Source: an uncultured Gemmatimonadales bacterium (lineage in GTDB: Bacteria; Gemmatimonadota; Gemmatimonadetes; Longimicrobiales; Gaopeijiaceae). Taken from it: 64,000 nt of DNA. Numbering within the stretch: position 1 is the first letter of the stretch; the number at the start of each line of letters is the position of its first letter. Positions 1 through 11,244 of this stretch are shown here, in pieces. The notes under the pieces are model-generated. The model saw only the letters and a list, made by a program, of their open reading frames with translations. It made no database searches and had not been told where the DNA came from. Made by a program: the position numbers and the translations under genes. The DNA is taken from NCBI GenBank assembly GCA_963809895.1, contig CAWELD010000003.1, positions 448,001 to 512,000 of the forward strand, read 5' to 3'.

Positions 1-925
1 GCCGGCCAACGTGAGCCAGGCGCTGGTCCCGGCGGTGGGCAAGGCGCTGCCCAACCCGGCGGGCTCGGCACCGGGTCTGGTCTTCGAGGCACCGGGTGGT
101 GGGCTGGTGATCCTGATGCCGGGACCGCCCCGGGAGCTGCGGGCCGTCTTTCCGCAAGCAGCCGAGGAGATTCGCCGACACTTCGGAGACCGGCTTCGCC
201 CGGTGCGGACCCGCACCATCCACACCACCGGGATCGCCGAGTCGGTGCTGGCGCCCCGCGTCGAGGAGGCGCTGGGCGAGCCCGGTCGGCGTGAGGCGAC
301 CGTCGCCTACCTTCCCGATCTGGTGGGGGTCGACGTGCGCCTCACCGTGCGCGACGTGGACGGCGAGGACGAGGCGCAGCGGCGCCTGGACCGGGCCGAA
401 GAGCGCCTCGACGACGTGGTGGCCCGCTACCGTTTCGAGGCGCCGGGCACAGGAGACCTGAGCGAAGCCGTCTTCGAGGCGCTGGGCCGCCGAGGCCTCA
501 CGCTGGCCACCGCCGAGAGCTGCACCGGGGGCCTGGTGGCGAAGCGCATCACCGACAATCCGGGATCGTCGCGAGTGTTCGTCGGTGGTGTGGTGACCTA
601 CTCCAACGCGGCCAAGGAGAGGCTCCTCGGGGTCCCGGGCGAGAGCATCGCCTCACAGGGCGCGGTGTCGCGGGAGGTCGCCGAGGCCATGGCGAAGGGG
701 TGCCGGGAGCGCCTCGGCGCAGACTGCGCCATCGCCATCACGGGCATCGCCGGGCCCGAGGGCGGCAGCGAGGACAAGCCGGTGGGCACGGTCTGGTGGG
801 CGGTGGCGGTGAACGACCGCCTCGAGGCGCGGCGAGACGTCTTTCCCGGCGACCGGGAGGGCGTGCGGGCCCGTGCGGCCCAGGCCAGCCTCCATACCCT
901 CCTGTGGATGCTGGGGGACGGATGA
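1..925 (+). CDS. cinA: CinA family competence/damage-inducible protein (NMN deamidase PncC domain), 5' end outside the window
   Basis: Ends of the molybdopterin-binding-like domain (LPNPAGSAPG...MPGPPREL) and the PncC motifs LATAESCTGGLVAKRITDNPGSS and AITGIAGPEGGSEDKPVGTVW. Confidence 0.92.
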   Translation, partial: PANVSQALVPAVGKALPNPAGSAPGLVFEAPGGGLVILMPGPPRELRAVFPQAAEEIRRHFGDRLRPVRTRTIHTTGIAESVLAPRVEEALGEPGRREATVAYLPDLVGVDVRLTVRDVDGEDEAQRRLDRAEERLDDVVARYRFEAPGTGDLSEAVFEALGRRGLTLATAESCTGGLVAKRITDNPGSSRVFVGGVVTYSNAAKERLLGVPGESIASQGAVSREVAEAMAKGCRERLGADCAIAITGIAGPEGGSEDKPVGTVWWAVAVNDRLEARRDVFPGDREGVRARAAQASLHTLLWMLGDG

Positions 926-1824
926 GCGGGCCCCGTGCCGGCCGGATCGACGTGGCGGACGGGGCGTCGCTGCGCACCCTGGCGTGGCCGGTGGACGAGG
1001 CCCGGGGCCGCGTGCTGGTGGTGCATGGCTTCAGCGAGCACGCCGGCCGCTACGACCTGCTGGCGGAGGCGCTCAATCGCCGGGGTTGGGGGGTGCTGGC
1101 GTACGATCAGCGCGGCCACGGCGATTCGGACGGGCGGCGGGGGGTGCTCGGTGACTTCGACCACTACCTGAACGACCTGGATGCCGTCCGAGGCCAGGCG
1201 GACCGGCTGTTGCCCGGCCCGGGGGACCCTTTCCTCCTCGGCCACTCGCTGGGCGGCCTCGTGGTCCTGCGTTACCTGCAGCGCCGCCGACCGCGGGTGC
1301 CAGGGGCGATCCTGTCGGCGCCCTGGTTGGCCACGGCCCTGCCGGTGCCACGCTGGAAGTCGCTCCTGGGCCGGGTGCTCCTGCGCGTGGCCCCCGATCT
1401 GACGCTCGCCAACGGCATCCACCCGGAGCGCCTGACCCGGGATCCGGCGCGGGCCCGGGCGTACGAGGAGGATCCCAGGGTGCACCACCGGGTCTCCGCG
1501 GGCCTTTTCCACCAGGTCCAGCAGGCCCAGGCCGCCGCCTCCCGCGAGGCGCCGCCCGCCGGTATCCCGCTGCTGCTCCTGTTGCCCGGCGACGACCAGG
1601 TTGCGGACGCGACGGTCGCCGCCAGCTGGGCCTCGGCGCACGCGTCCGCCGACCTCGAGACCGTGTGGTTGCGGGACCGGCGGCACGAACCCTTCAACGA
1701 CCTGGGGCGTGAAGAAGTGTTCCGGCTCCTGGACGACTGGTTGTCGCGGGTCCAGGGGGCTGAACCAGACTCCACCGAGAGGGTATCTTCAGGGAACCCC
1801 TCGACGGAATTCGACCGAGCCTGA
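922..1824 (+). CDS. Alpha/beta hydrolase, lysophospholipase/monoacylglycerol lipase family
   Basis: ATG at 922 overlaps the cinA stop (ATGA). Motifs VVHGFSEHAGRY, DQRGHGDS, GHSLGG nucleophile elbow, and C-terminal His (RRHEPFND). Confidence 0.88.
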   Translation: MSGPRAGRIDVADGASLRTLAWPVDEARGRVLVVHGFSEHAGRYDLLAEALNRRGWGVLAYDQRGHGDSDGRRGVLGDFDHYLNDLDAVRGQADRLLPGPGDPFLLGHSLGGLVVLRYLQRRRPRVPGAILSAPWLATALPVPRWKSLLGRVLLRVAPDLTLANGIHPERLTRDPARARAYEEDPRVHHRVSAGLFHQVQQAQAAASREAPPAGIPLLLLLPGDDQVADATVAASWASAHASADLETVWLRDRRHEPFNDLGREEVFRLLDDWLSRVQGAEPDSTERVSSGNPSTEFDRA

Positions 1825-1833
1825 ATCCGGACC

Positions 1834-2448
1834 ATGACCGAACGTATCGAGAGCGACCAAGAGCTTCAGGACCCCGAGAGCGCCGAGTCGCCCGACCCGG
1901 CCGATGACAGCCCCGAAGACGAAGGTGCCCGCCGGCATACGCCGGAGGAGGTCGAGGAGGCGCTGGCCGATGCCGAGCTGGGGTCGGAGCTCGACCACTT
2001 GCAGGCGGAGTTCGACACCCTCAACGACCGCCATCTCCGGCTCGCCGCGGAGTTCACCAACTATCGGCGCAGGGTCGAGAACGAGCGCCTGGAAGCCTGG
2101 GCTCGGGCCCAGGCGGACCTGCTGCGCCGCTTCCTCGATGTCCTGGACGACCTCCAGCGCGTGAGCGGTCTCGACCCGGCCGAGGAATCGGTCACCGTCG
2201 AGGCCATCGTGGAGGGGGTGGATCTGGTGGAGCGCAAGTTCCTGCGGGCGCTCCTGGACGCGGGCACCGAGATCGTGGACCCGGAAGACGGAGAGGCCTT
2301 CGACCCCGAGACCATGGAGGCCATGATGCGCGTGCAGGTGGAGGACCACGAGCACGACGACCACGTCGCTCAGGTGTTCCAGAAGGGCTACGTCTTCCAG
2401 GGGCATCTCGTGCGGCCCGCGCGGGTCAGCGTCTACAAGGCCGACTGA
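1834..2448 (+). CDS. grpE: Nucleotide exchange factor GrpE
   Basis: LRLAAEFTNYRRR, FDPETMEAM, VFQKGY...LVRPARVSV; directly upstream of dnaJ. Confidence 0.95.
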   Translation: MTERIESDQELQDPESAESPDPADDSPEDEGARRHTPEEVEEALADAELGSELDHLQAEFDTLNDRHLRLAAEFTNYRRRVENERLEAWARAQADLLRRFLDVLDDLQRVSGLDPAEESVTVEAIVEGVDLVERKFLRALLDAGTEIVDPEDGEAFDPETMEAMMRVQVEDHEHDDHVAQVFQKGYVFQGHLVRPARVSVYKAD

Positions 2449-2451
2449 GCG

Positions 2452-3573
<1,122 letters not shown>

Positions 3574-3586
3574 GACGACACCTGCC

Positions 3587-3820
3587 ATGACACGGACCAT
3601 CATCGATTCCGACCTGCGGCGCTGGGAGGTTTTCGCCAGCAGCGGCCCCCACGGGTTCCCCGATCCGGGATGCCTCGTCTTCCGATGCTCATCCGACCGC
3701 GACGAGCCGAGCCGTTCGTTGGTCTTCAAGGGTGATCGCACCGCCGCCGAGGAGGCGGTACTGCGCCTGCCGCCGGCCGACCTCAGGGCGTATCTGGAGA
3801 GCGCCCGACCGCTGAGCTGA
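3587..3820 (+). CDS. Small hypothetical protein (77 aa)
   Basis: ATG 13 bp after the dnaJ stop, protein-like composition; 3' end overlaps the convergent mnmA end. Confidence 0.6.
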   Translation: MTRTIIDSDLRRWEVFASSGPHGFPDPGCLVFRCSSDRDEPSRSLVFKGDRTAAEEAVLRLPPADLRAYLESARPLS

Positions 3821-4967
3821 GCGCCTCGGCCGGGCGTCGGGCCGTCCGGCGCGCCCGCACGATACGGCCGCCACCCAGGACCCGGTCGTCGCGGAACACC
3901 ACCGCCGACTGACCGGGGGTCACCGCCGCCCGCGGGACCGTGAGCGCGAGTCGCAGACGCCGCTCGTCGAGCTCCTCCACGACGGCGGGCGCTGCGCTGG
4001 CGCGGTGGCGGAGCTGCACCTGTACGGCGTCACCCGGCTCGGGTGGCGCGGCGAGCCAGCTGGTCTCCTCCACCTCTACCGTTTCGGCGTAGAGAGCCTC
4101 GCGGGGGCCCACCACGACCTCACGGGTCGCGGGCCGGATCTCCAGCACGAACATGCGCTCGTCGAACCCGCCGCCCAGCCCGCGCCGCTGCCCGACCGTG
4201 AACGCGGCGTAGCCATCGTGGGTCCCGACCCGGGTGCCGTCCAGCGTCACCAGGGGACCGGGCTCCAGCGCGCCGTGGCGGCTCGGGAGGCGCTCGCGCA
4301 GCAGGTCCCGGTAGTCGCCGGTGGGCACGAAGCAGATCTCCTGGGATTCCGGCTTGTCGGCCGTGACCAGTCCCAGCTCGCGGGCCCGGGCGCGCACCTC
4401 GGGCTTGGTCAGCTCACCCAGGGGAAAGAGGAGGCGGGGCAACAGCTCCGCGGGCAGCCCCCACAGGAAGTAGGCCTGGTCCTTGTCCCGGTCGGCTCCC
4501 CGGAAGAGGGCGCTCCCCTCGTTCGAGTGCTCCACGCGCACGTAATGCCCGGACGCGATCCCCCGGCACTCCAGGAGCTCGCCCCGGGCCATGAGGTCCT
4601 TGAACTTCGTGTAGGAGTTGCAGCGGACGCAGGGGTTGGGAGTGCGGCCGGCGGCGTACTCGGCGACGAAGTCGTCGATGACGTCGCGCGTGAAGTCCTC
4701 CTCCACGTCGAACACGTAGTGGGGGATTCCCAGGCGGTCCGCCACCCGGCGTGCGTCCACGATGCCGTCCAGCCCGCAGCAGGTCTTGCCGTGATCCACG
4801 GTGCCGCTGTAGCAGAAGGTCTTCATGGTGACCCCCACCACGTCGTAGCCCCGCTCCACCAGGAGGGCCGCGGCCACGGAGGAGTCCACACCCCCGGACA
4901 TGGCTACCAGAACCCGATCGCCGGGCCGGGGCGTGGCGCGCTCCAGCGGGGGCTCGGCCCTAGGCAT
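3783..4967 (-). CDS. mnmA: tRNA 2-thiouridine(34) synthase MnmA
   Basis: AMSGGVDSS PP-loop, TPNPCVRCN, KDQAYFL, KPESQEICF, FTVGQRRGLG, VTPGQSAV. Confidence 0.96.
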   Translation of the reverse strand: MPRAEPPLERATPRPGDRVLVAMSGGVDSSVAAALLVERGYDVVGVTMKTFCYSGTVDHGKTCCGLDGIVDARRVADRLGIPHYVFDVEEDFTRDVIDDFVAEYAAGRTPNPCVRCNSYTKFKDLMARGELLECRGIASGHYVRVEHSNEGSALFRGADRDKDQAYFLWGLPAELLPRLLFPLGELTKPEVRARARELGLVTADKPESQEICFVPTGDYRDLLRERLPSRHGALEPGPLVTLDGTRVGTHDGYAAFTVGQRRGLGGGFDERMFVLEIRPATREVVVGPREALYAETVEVEETSWLAAPPEPGDAVQVQLRHRASAAPAVVEELDERRLRLALTVPRAAVTPGQSAVVFRDDRVLGGGRIVRARRTARRPAEALSSAVGRSPDTP

Positions 4968-6117
4968 GGACCGGTGCCTCGCGGAGTCGGGCCACCACGC
5001 GCACGGTCACGTCGGCCGCCCGCTCGATGTCGTCGGGGGTCGTGTGCCGCGCGAACGAGTAGCGAATGGTGGCCGGGAGGGCGTCTTCACCGTAGAGCGC
5101 CTGCAGGACGTGGCTGGCGGCATTGGAGCCGCTGGAGCACGCCGAGCCGCCCGACACCGCCAGCCCCTCCATGTCCAGCGAGACCATGAGCATCTCGGGT
5201 GACACGTCAGGCACGCCCACACTGAGGATGTGGGGGGCACGCACGCCGCCGCCGCCGTTCACGTGCAGGTCCGGGATCGCCGCTCGGAGCCGCCCCTCCA
5301 ACGCCTCGCGCAGGGCCAGCATGCGCGCGGCCGTCTCCTCCTGCTCCGCGACGGCGAGGGTCACCGCTTCGGCCAGCCCCACGGCTCCCGGGACGTCCTG
5401 GGTTCCCGGGCGCAGCCCTGCCTCCTGGCCGCCTCCGTGAACGCGGGCGTGCAGCTCGGTGCCGTCGCGCACGAAGAGCGCCCCCGCGCTCTTGGGCCCG
5501 TAGATCTTGTGGCCCGTGAGGCTGAGGCAAGCCACCGCTGTCTCGTCCACCCGGACCCGCACCTTGCCCAGGGCCTGCACGGCATCGGTGTGGACCGGCA
5601 CCCCTCGGCGCTCGGCCAACGCCACGATGTCGGCCATGGGCTGGACGATCCCCACCTCGTTGTTGACCCACATGACCGAGACCAGGCACGGATCCCGGTC
5701 CAGGTGGGTCCGCAGAACGTCCAGGTCCGGCGCGCCGCGCGCGTCCACCGGAAGCGTGAGGACCTCGCCTCCGTCGGTCGTCACCGACGCCGCTGCCTCC
5801 AGCACCGCCTTGTGCTCCAGCGCGCTGATCACGACCCGGGGCACCTCGCCGCGGGCCCGAACCGCGTCCGCGCGCCCCAGAACCGCCAGGTTGTCGGACT
5901 CTGTTCCTCCTCGCACGAAGACGATTTCCCGCCGTCGCGCGCCCAGGGCGTCGGCGATCCGTGAGCGGGCATTCTCCAGGGCCGCCTGTGCCTCGCGCCC
6001 CCAGCGGTGCGTAGAGGAGGGATTTCCGAAGCGCTGGTCCAGATACGGCTCCATGGCCGCGCGCACTTCGGCGCGCATGGGCGTGGTGGCCGCGTAGTCG
6101 AGATAGAGAGGGTCCAT
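4960..6117 (-). CDS. iscS: Cysteine desulfurase (IscS/NifS type)
   Basis: Start MDPLYLDYAATTP; GNPSSTH, HTDAVQ, TGHKIYGPK (PLP Lys), SGGSACSS (catalytic Cys); overlaps the mnmA start. Confidence 0.9.
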   Translation of the reverse strand: MDPLYLDYAATTPMRAEVRAAMEPYLDQRFGNPSSTHRWGREAQAALENARSRIADALGARRREIVFVRGGTESDNLAVLGRADAVRARGEVPRVVISALEHKAVLEAAASVTTDGGEVLTLPVDARGAPDLDVLRTHLDRDPCLVSVMWVNNEVGIVQPMADIVALAERRGVPVHTDAVQALGKVRVRVDETAVACLSLTGHKIYGPKSAGALFVRDGTELHARVHGGGQEAGLRPGTQDVPGAVGLAEAVTLAVAEQEETAARMLALREALEGRLRAAIPDLHVNGGGGVRAPHILSVGVPDVSPEMLMVSLDMEGLAVSGGSACSSGSNAASHVLQALYGEDALPATIRYSFARHTTPDDIERAADVTVRVVARLREAPVHA

Positions 6118-6235
6118 GGATCGGTTTCGTTCGTCTCGGGGGGTGTCTAAGTTACACGCGACGCTCCACCCCGTGCACCCGCCGAGTGAGCGATGACGCG
6201 TGCTCCGGCGCCCGGCTGCGGTTCCTGGAGGCCTC

Positions 6236-6586
6236 ATGTCCCGGCAGTCTCCGCCGTTCCCAAGCGGCCGCCCCAGAACCTTCCGAGCCACCGTGCACGG
6301 CACCGTGTTCGCGGGTCGGGATCGGCACCTGGCCGGGCTCCACGCCGGCGATCCCCTCGTCCTGGTTCCGGACCCTCCCGGCGGGGAGGAGCCGGAGGTG
6401 TGGGTCCACCTGCTCTCCGGCGATCCCGTGGGCCACCTGCCGCCGGAGATCGCCAGTTGGCTGTGGCCCTGGATCGTCGGCGGCGGCCGGGTGGAGGCCC
6501 ACGCGCTTCAGGTGCACGGCGACGAGACCCCTTCGTGGCGCCGGCTGCTGGTCCAGGTGAAGTGTGACCGGGACGCCGAGGGCTAG
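6236..6586 (+). CDS. Stand-alone HIRAN-domain-like protein
   Basis: GGAG RBS before ATG 6236. Pattern VHGTVFAGR...LHAGDPLVLVPDP...VWVH...PVGHLPPEIA resembles HIRAN. Confidence 0.6.
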   Translation: MSRQSPPFPSGRPRTFRATVHGTVFAGRDRHLAGLHAGDPLVLVPDPPGGEEPEVWVHLLSGDPVGHLPPEIASWLWPWIVGGGRVEAHALQVHGDETPSWRRLLVQVKCDRDAEG

Positions 6587-7308
6587 AACGACGCCACCGG
6601 AAGCGTGCCCAGCGTCTCCCAGGCCAGCGTTTCACGGGTGCGGAAGGGTTCTCCGAAGGCAGCCCGGATCAGCGAGCCGTACGTGGCGCACAGCGCGGTG
6701 ATCTGGTCCGGAAGCAGGCGTTCGCCGCCGGGGAACACCTCGCCGGCCTGCGTCAGTCCCTGGAACTGGGACTCGTAGGCCGCCAGCGCCTCCAGCTTGC
6801 GGGACATCTGAGCGCTGATGTCGACCACGAAGGTCGGCTGCCCGGCGTCTTCCCGGAACGCGGTGGCGTGCACGAGCTTGCTGGGCCGGTGCCGCGTGCC
6901 GGCGGCGTCGAAGTTGGTGAGGCCGGCCAGGAAGCAGGCGTCGTGAGCGAGTTGCGCGGCCACCCTGTGGTCGGGATGCCGGCCCTCGCGCCAGTGGGTG
7001 ATCACCACCCGCGGTCGCAGCTCCCGGATGAGCTCCGCCAGCACGCGCCGCGCTTCCAGTGTGTTCTGCAGGTGACCGTCCGGTAGCCCGGCGTTCCGTC
7101 GCTCCGCCAGGCCCAGGATCTCCGCCGCACGTTCCGCTTCACGGGCGCGGATCGCGGGTGTGCCCCGCGTGCCCAGCTCCCCCCGGGTGAGATCCACCAC
7201 GCCCACGCGCTCGCCCGCGTCGGCGGACTTGGCCAACGCTCCCCCACACAGGAGCTCGGCGTCGTCGGGATGCGCGAAGACCCCGAGCACGTCGAGGGGC
7301 TCAGGCAT
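6583..7308 (-). CDS. bshB1: PIG-L family deacetylase, BshB1-like
   Basis: AHPDDAEL, DLTRGELGTRG, RHPDH motifs. Confidence 0.8.
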   Translation of the reverse strand: MPEPLDVLGVFAHPDDAELLCGGALAKSADAGERVGVVDLTRGELGTRGTPAIRAREAERAAEILGLAERRNAGLPDGHLQNTLEARRVLAELIRELRPRVVITHWREGRHPDHRVAAQLAHDACFLAGLTNFDAAGTRHRPSKLVHATAFREDAGQPTFVVDISAQMSRKLEALAAYESQFQGLTQAGEVFPGGERLLPDQITALCATYGSLIRAAFGEPFRTRETLAWETLGTLPVASF

Positions 7309-7366
7309 GGGGCACTCCTGAATGGGATGGAGGGGAAGGGCGAGCGCACCTGACGTTCGCCAGGGG

Positions 7367-8671
7367 TCACTCGGCCCGCAATGCCTCCACCGGCTCGAGA
7401 CGGGCGGCCCGGTAGGCCGGCAGGATGCCGAAAACCACCCCGGTGAGACCCGCCGTGCCCAGGGCCGCGATCACCGACCAGATGGGGATCTTGGCCGGCA
7501 CCGGGGTGAAGTGGGCCACCACCCACGCCAGCGCGCCCCCCAGGATCATGCCGGCGGCACCTCCCAGCATGGTGAGTACCCCCGCCTCCACCAGGAACTG
7601 CCAGAGGATCTCCCGCCGGGTGGCGCCTACCGCCTTGCGGATGCCGATCTCGCGAGTCCGCTCGGTGACCGAGATGAGCATGATACCGATGACGCCCACG
7701 CCACCCACCATGAGCCCCGCCGACGACAGCGCCAGCATGACCAGGAAGAAGACGCCGGTGAGCTGGTTGAAGCTCTCGATGAGCTGGGCCGACGCCACCA
7801 GCGCGAAGTTGTTCTCGTCGCGGGGCCCGAGACCGCGCATGGAGCGGAGGGCGCCGATCACCTGATCCTGGGCCTGCGACATGCCGACCCCCTCTCTGGG
7901 CACCACCTGGATCTGCGCCTGCTCGCGCGACGCCTTCAGGCGCTTGAAGCCGGTGGAGTAGGGAAGAAAGATCAGGTGGTCCACGATGTTGGTGAAGATG
8001 TTCTCGTCCGGCTCGAAGACGCCGATGACCCGGAAGTCGTCGCGCACTCCCCGGAAGGGGCTGGACAGGCGCACGGTCTTGCCGATGGGATCTCGCTGGC
8101 CGAAGAGGTCCTCGGCCAGCGCCTTCGTGATCACGATCACCGAACGAGATTCCCGCACCTCGGCGGGAGTGAAATCCCTGCCCGCCACGAAATCGCCCTG
8201 GGCGTAGCGCGGCCACCCCGCCGACAACCCCTGCGTGGTGACGCCGTCCAACGACTGCCCCTCGAAGTCCACGTTGGTGGACAGGTTGTAGCTGTAGAGC
8301 GCCTCCTCGATGGCCGGCAGACGGGCGACCCGCTCGGCTTCTTCGGGCGTGATCTCCGGCTTGTTCCACCACGGAGGGCGCGAGTCTCCCACCGAGATCC
8401 GCACCGCGGTGAAGTCGAAGCGCATCACGGAGAAGTTGCTCGGCCCCGCGGACTGGAAGGCGTCGAGCACGCTGGACCGGACCCCGGTGATCAGCGCCGC
8501 CATGGTCACCACGACCGACACGCCGATGCCGACGCCGAGAATGGTGAGGCTCGCCCGGATCTTGTTGGCCCGGATGGCGTCGAGGGCGATGCGCACACCC
8601 TCGAAGAGCGTGGCGAGACTCGCGGCCTGCGAGGACGCCCGGGGTCCCGGGGTGGGGGTCGTGGAGCTCAT
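7367..8671 (-). CDS. MacB/FtsX-family ABC transporter permease
   Basis: RASLTILGVGIGV N-terminal TM, periplasmic domain, VGGVGVIGIMLISVTERTREIGIRKAVGA, ends PVEALRAE. Confidence 0.92.
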   Translation of the reverse strand: MSSTTPTPGPRASSQAASLATLFEGVRIALDAIRANKIRASLTILGVGIGVSVVVTMAALITGVRSSVLDAFQSAGPSNFSVMRFDFTAVRISVGDSRPPWWNKPEITPEEAERVARLPAIEEALYSYNLSTNVDFEGQSLDGVTTQGLSAGWPRYAQGDFVAGRDFTPAEVRESRSVIVITKALAEDLFGQRDPIGKTVRLSSPFRGVRDDFRVIGVFEPDENIFTNIVDHLIFLPYSTGFKRLKASREQAQIQVVPREGVGMSQAQDQVIGALRSMRGLGPRDENNFALVASAQLIESFNQLTGVFFLVMLALSSAGLMVGGVGVIGIMLISVTERTREIGIRKAVGATRREILWQFLVEAGVLTMLGGAAGMILGGALAWVVAHFTPVPAKIPIWSVIAALGTAGLTGVVFGILPAYRAARLEPVEALRAE

Positions 8672-8675
8672 GATC

Positions 8676-9918
<1,243 letters not shown>

Positions 9919-9929
9919 GGGCCCGCTCC

Positions 9930-11204
9930 TCAGCCCTCGGGCGTGGCGGTGGTCTCGCTGGTGCGGGCGCTCTCCCGCTGGACGGGGTCGCCGTCCCGGA
10001 GCTGACGGATGGTCTGATACGGTCCGGACACGACCGTGTCGCCGACCTCGACCCCCGACAGGATCTGGAAGTACTCGCGGCCGGCGATCCCCACCTTCAC
10101 CGGGACGAACGTCACGGTCCCGTTCTGCACGCGGAAGACGCCCTCCACCTCGGTGCTCGGCTCACCCTCTTCAGTCGTGGGCGTGTCCAGCGTGTCGGCC
10201 GCGGTGGAGTCTTCCCGCACCGTAAGGGCGATGATGGGCACGGCCAGGGCATCGGAGGCCACGTCGGTGACGATCTCGGCCGTCGCGGACAGATCGGGAC
10301 GCAGCACGGCATCGGTGGGGTCCAGGGTGAGGACGACCTCGAAGTCGATGGCGGCCTGCTGCCCGCTGGCCTGCTGCTCCGACGGCGGGCGGATCGCCGA
10401 GTTGCCAATCTCCGTGATACGGCCGCTGAAGACCCGGTCCGGGAACGCGTCGATGTCGACGCTGGCCGAGTCGCCCAGGCTCAGTTGGGGCACGTCCGTC
10501 TCGTCCACCTGCACCACGACCTCCACCACCGACAGGTCGCTGATGGTGAGTACGAGGCTGCCGGCGTTGTTCATGGTCCCCACGATGACCGTCTCGCCCT
10601 CGTCCACGTTGAGGCGCGTGACCTTTCCGGCCATGGGCGCCGTGATGATGGTCTTGGACAGCCGGTCCTGGGCCTCCGCCAGCGAGGCTTCGGCCTGCTC
10701 GACGCCGAAGCGGGCGGCCTGGGCATTGGCCTGGGCGACTTCGAGGTCCGTCTGCGCGTCGTCGACCTGCTGACGGCTGACCAGCAGGGAGTCACGGGCC
10801 CACAGCGCGCGGATGCGGTCGTACTCCCGCTGCGACCGGGCCAGGTTGGCGCCCTGCTGCGTCGCCTGTGCCCTGGCCTGCGACAGCGCGGCCTCGGCGC
10901 GGGAGCGCGCGGCGTCGAGCTGGGTGCGATCCAGCCTCAGCAGAATCTGGCCCTCCTTCACGTCGTCTCCCTCGTCCACCTCCAGCGAGGCCACCCGGGC
11001 CGACACGTCGGAGCTGATGTCCACGGAGCGGCGCGCGCGGATGTTGCCGCTGGCCGTGACCGTCGCCACGAGGTTGCGACGACCCACGGTCTCCATACGC
11101 ACCTCCGGACCCCGCCCGCCGTTCCGGGAGAGGCTCAGCGCGAAGGCGGTTCCGAGCACCGCCACCACACCGATCCCAACCAGGGCCTTCATTCGTCCGG
11201 TCAT
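9930..11204 (-). CDS. Efflux periplasmic adaptor (MacA/HlyD family)
   Basis: N-terminal TM, lipoyl halves (VDEGDDVKEGQILLRLD; ITAPMAGKVTRLNVDEGE), coiled-coil hairpin. Confidence 0.92.
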   Translation of the reverse strand: MTGRMKALVGIGVVAVLGTAFALSLSRNGGRGPEVRMETVGRRNLVATVTASGNIRARRSVDISSDVSARVASLEVDEGDDVKEGQILLRLDRTQLDAARSRAEAALSQARAQATQQGANLARSQREYDRIRALWARDSLLVSRQQVDDAQTDLEVAQANAQAARFGVEQAEASLAEAQDRLSKTIITAPMAGKVTRLNVDEGETVIVGTMNNAGSLVLTISDLSVVEVVVQVDETDVPQLSLGDSASVDIDAFPDRVFSGRITEIGNSAIRPPSEQQASGQQAAIDFEVVLTLDPTDAVLRPDLSATAEIVTDVASDALAVPIIALTVREDSTAADTLDTPTTEEGEPSTEVEGVFRVQNGTVTFVPVKVGIAGREYFQILSGVEVGDTVVSGPYQTIRQLRDGDPVQRESARTSETTATPEG

Positions 11205-11244
11205 GTCTCTACGCGTCTCGTCGTTTCGAGTGTGTGGGGTCGGG

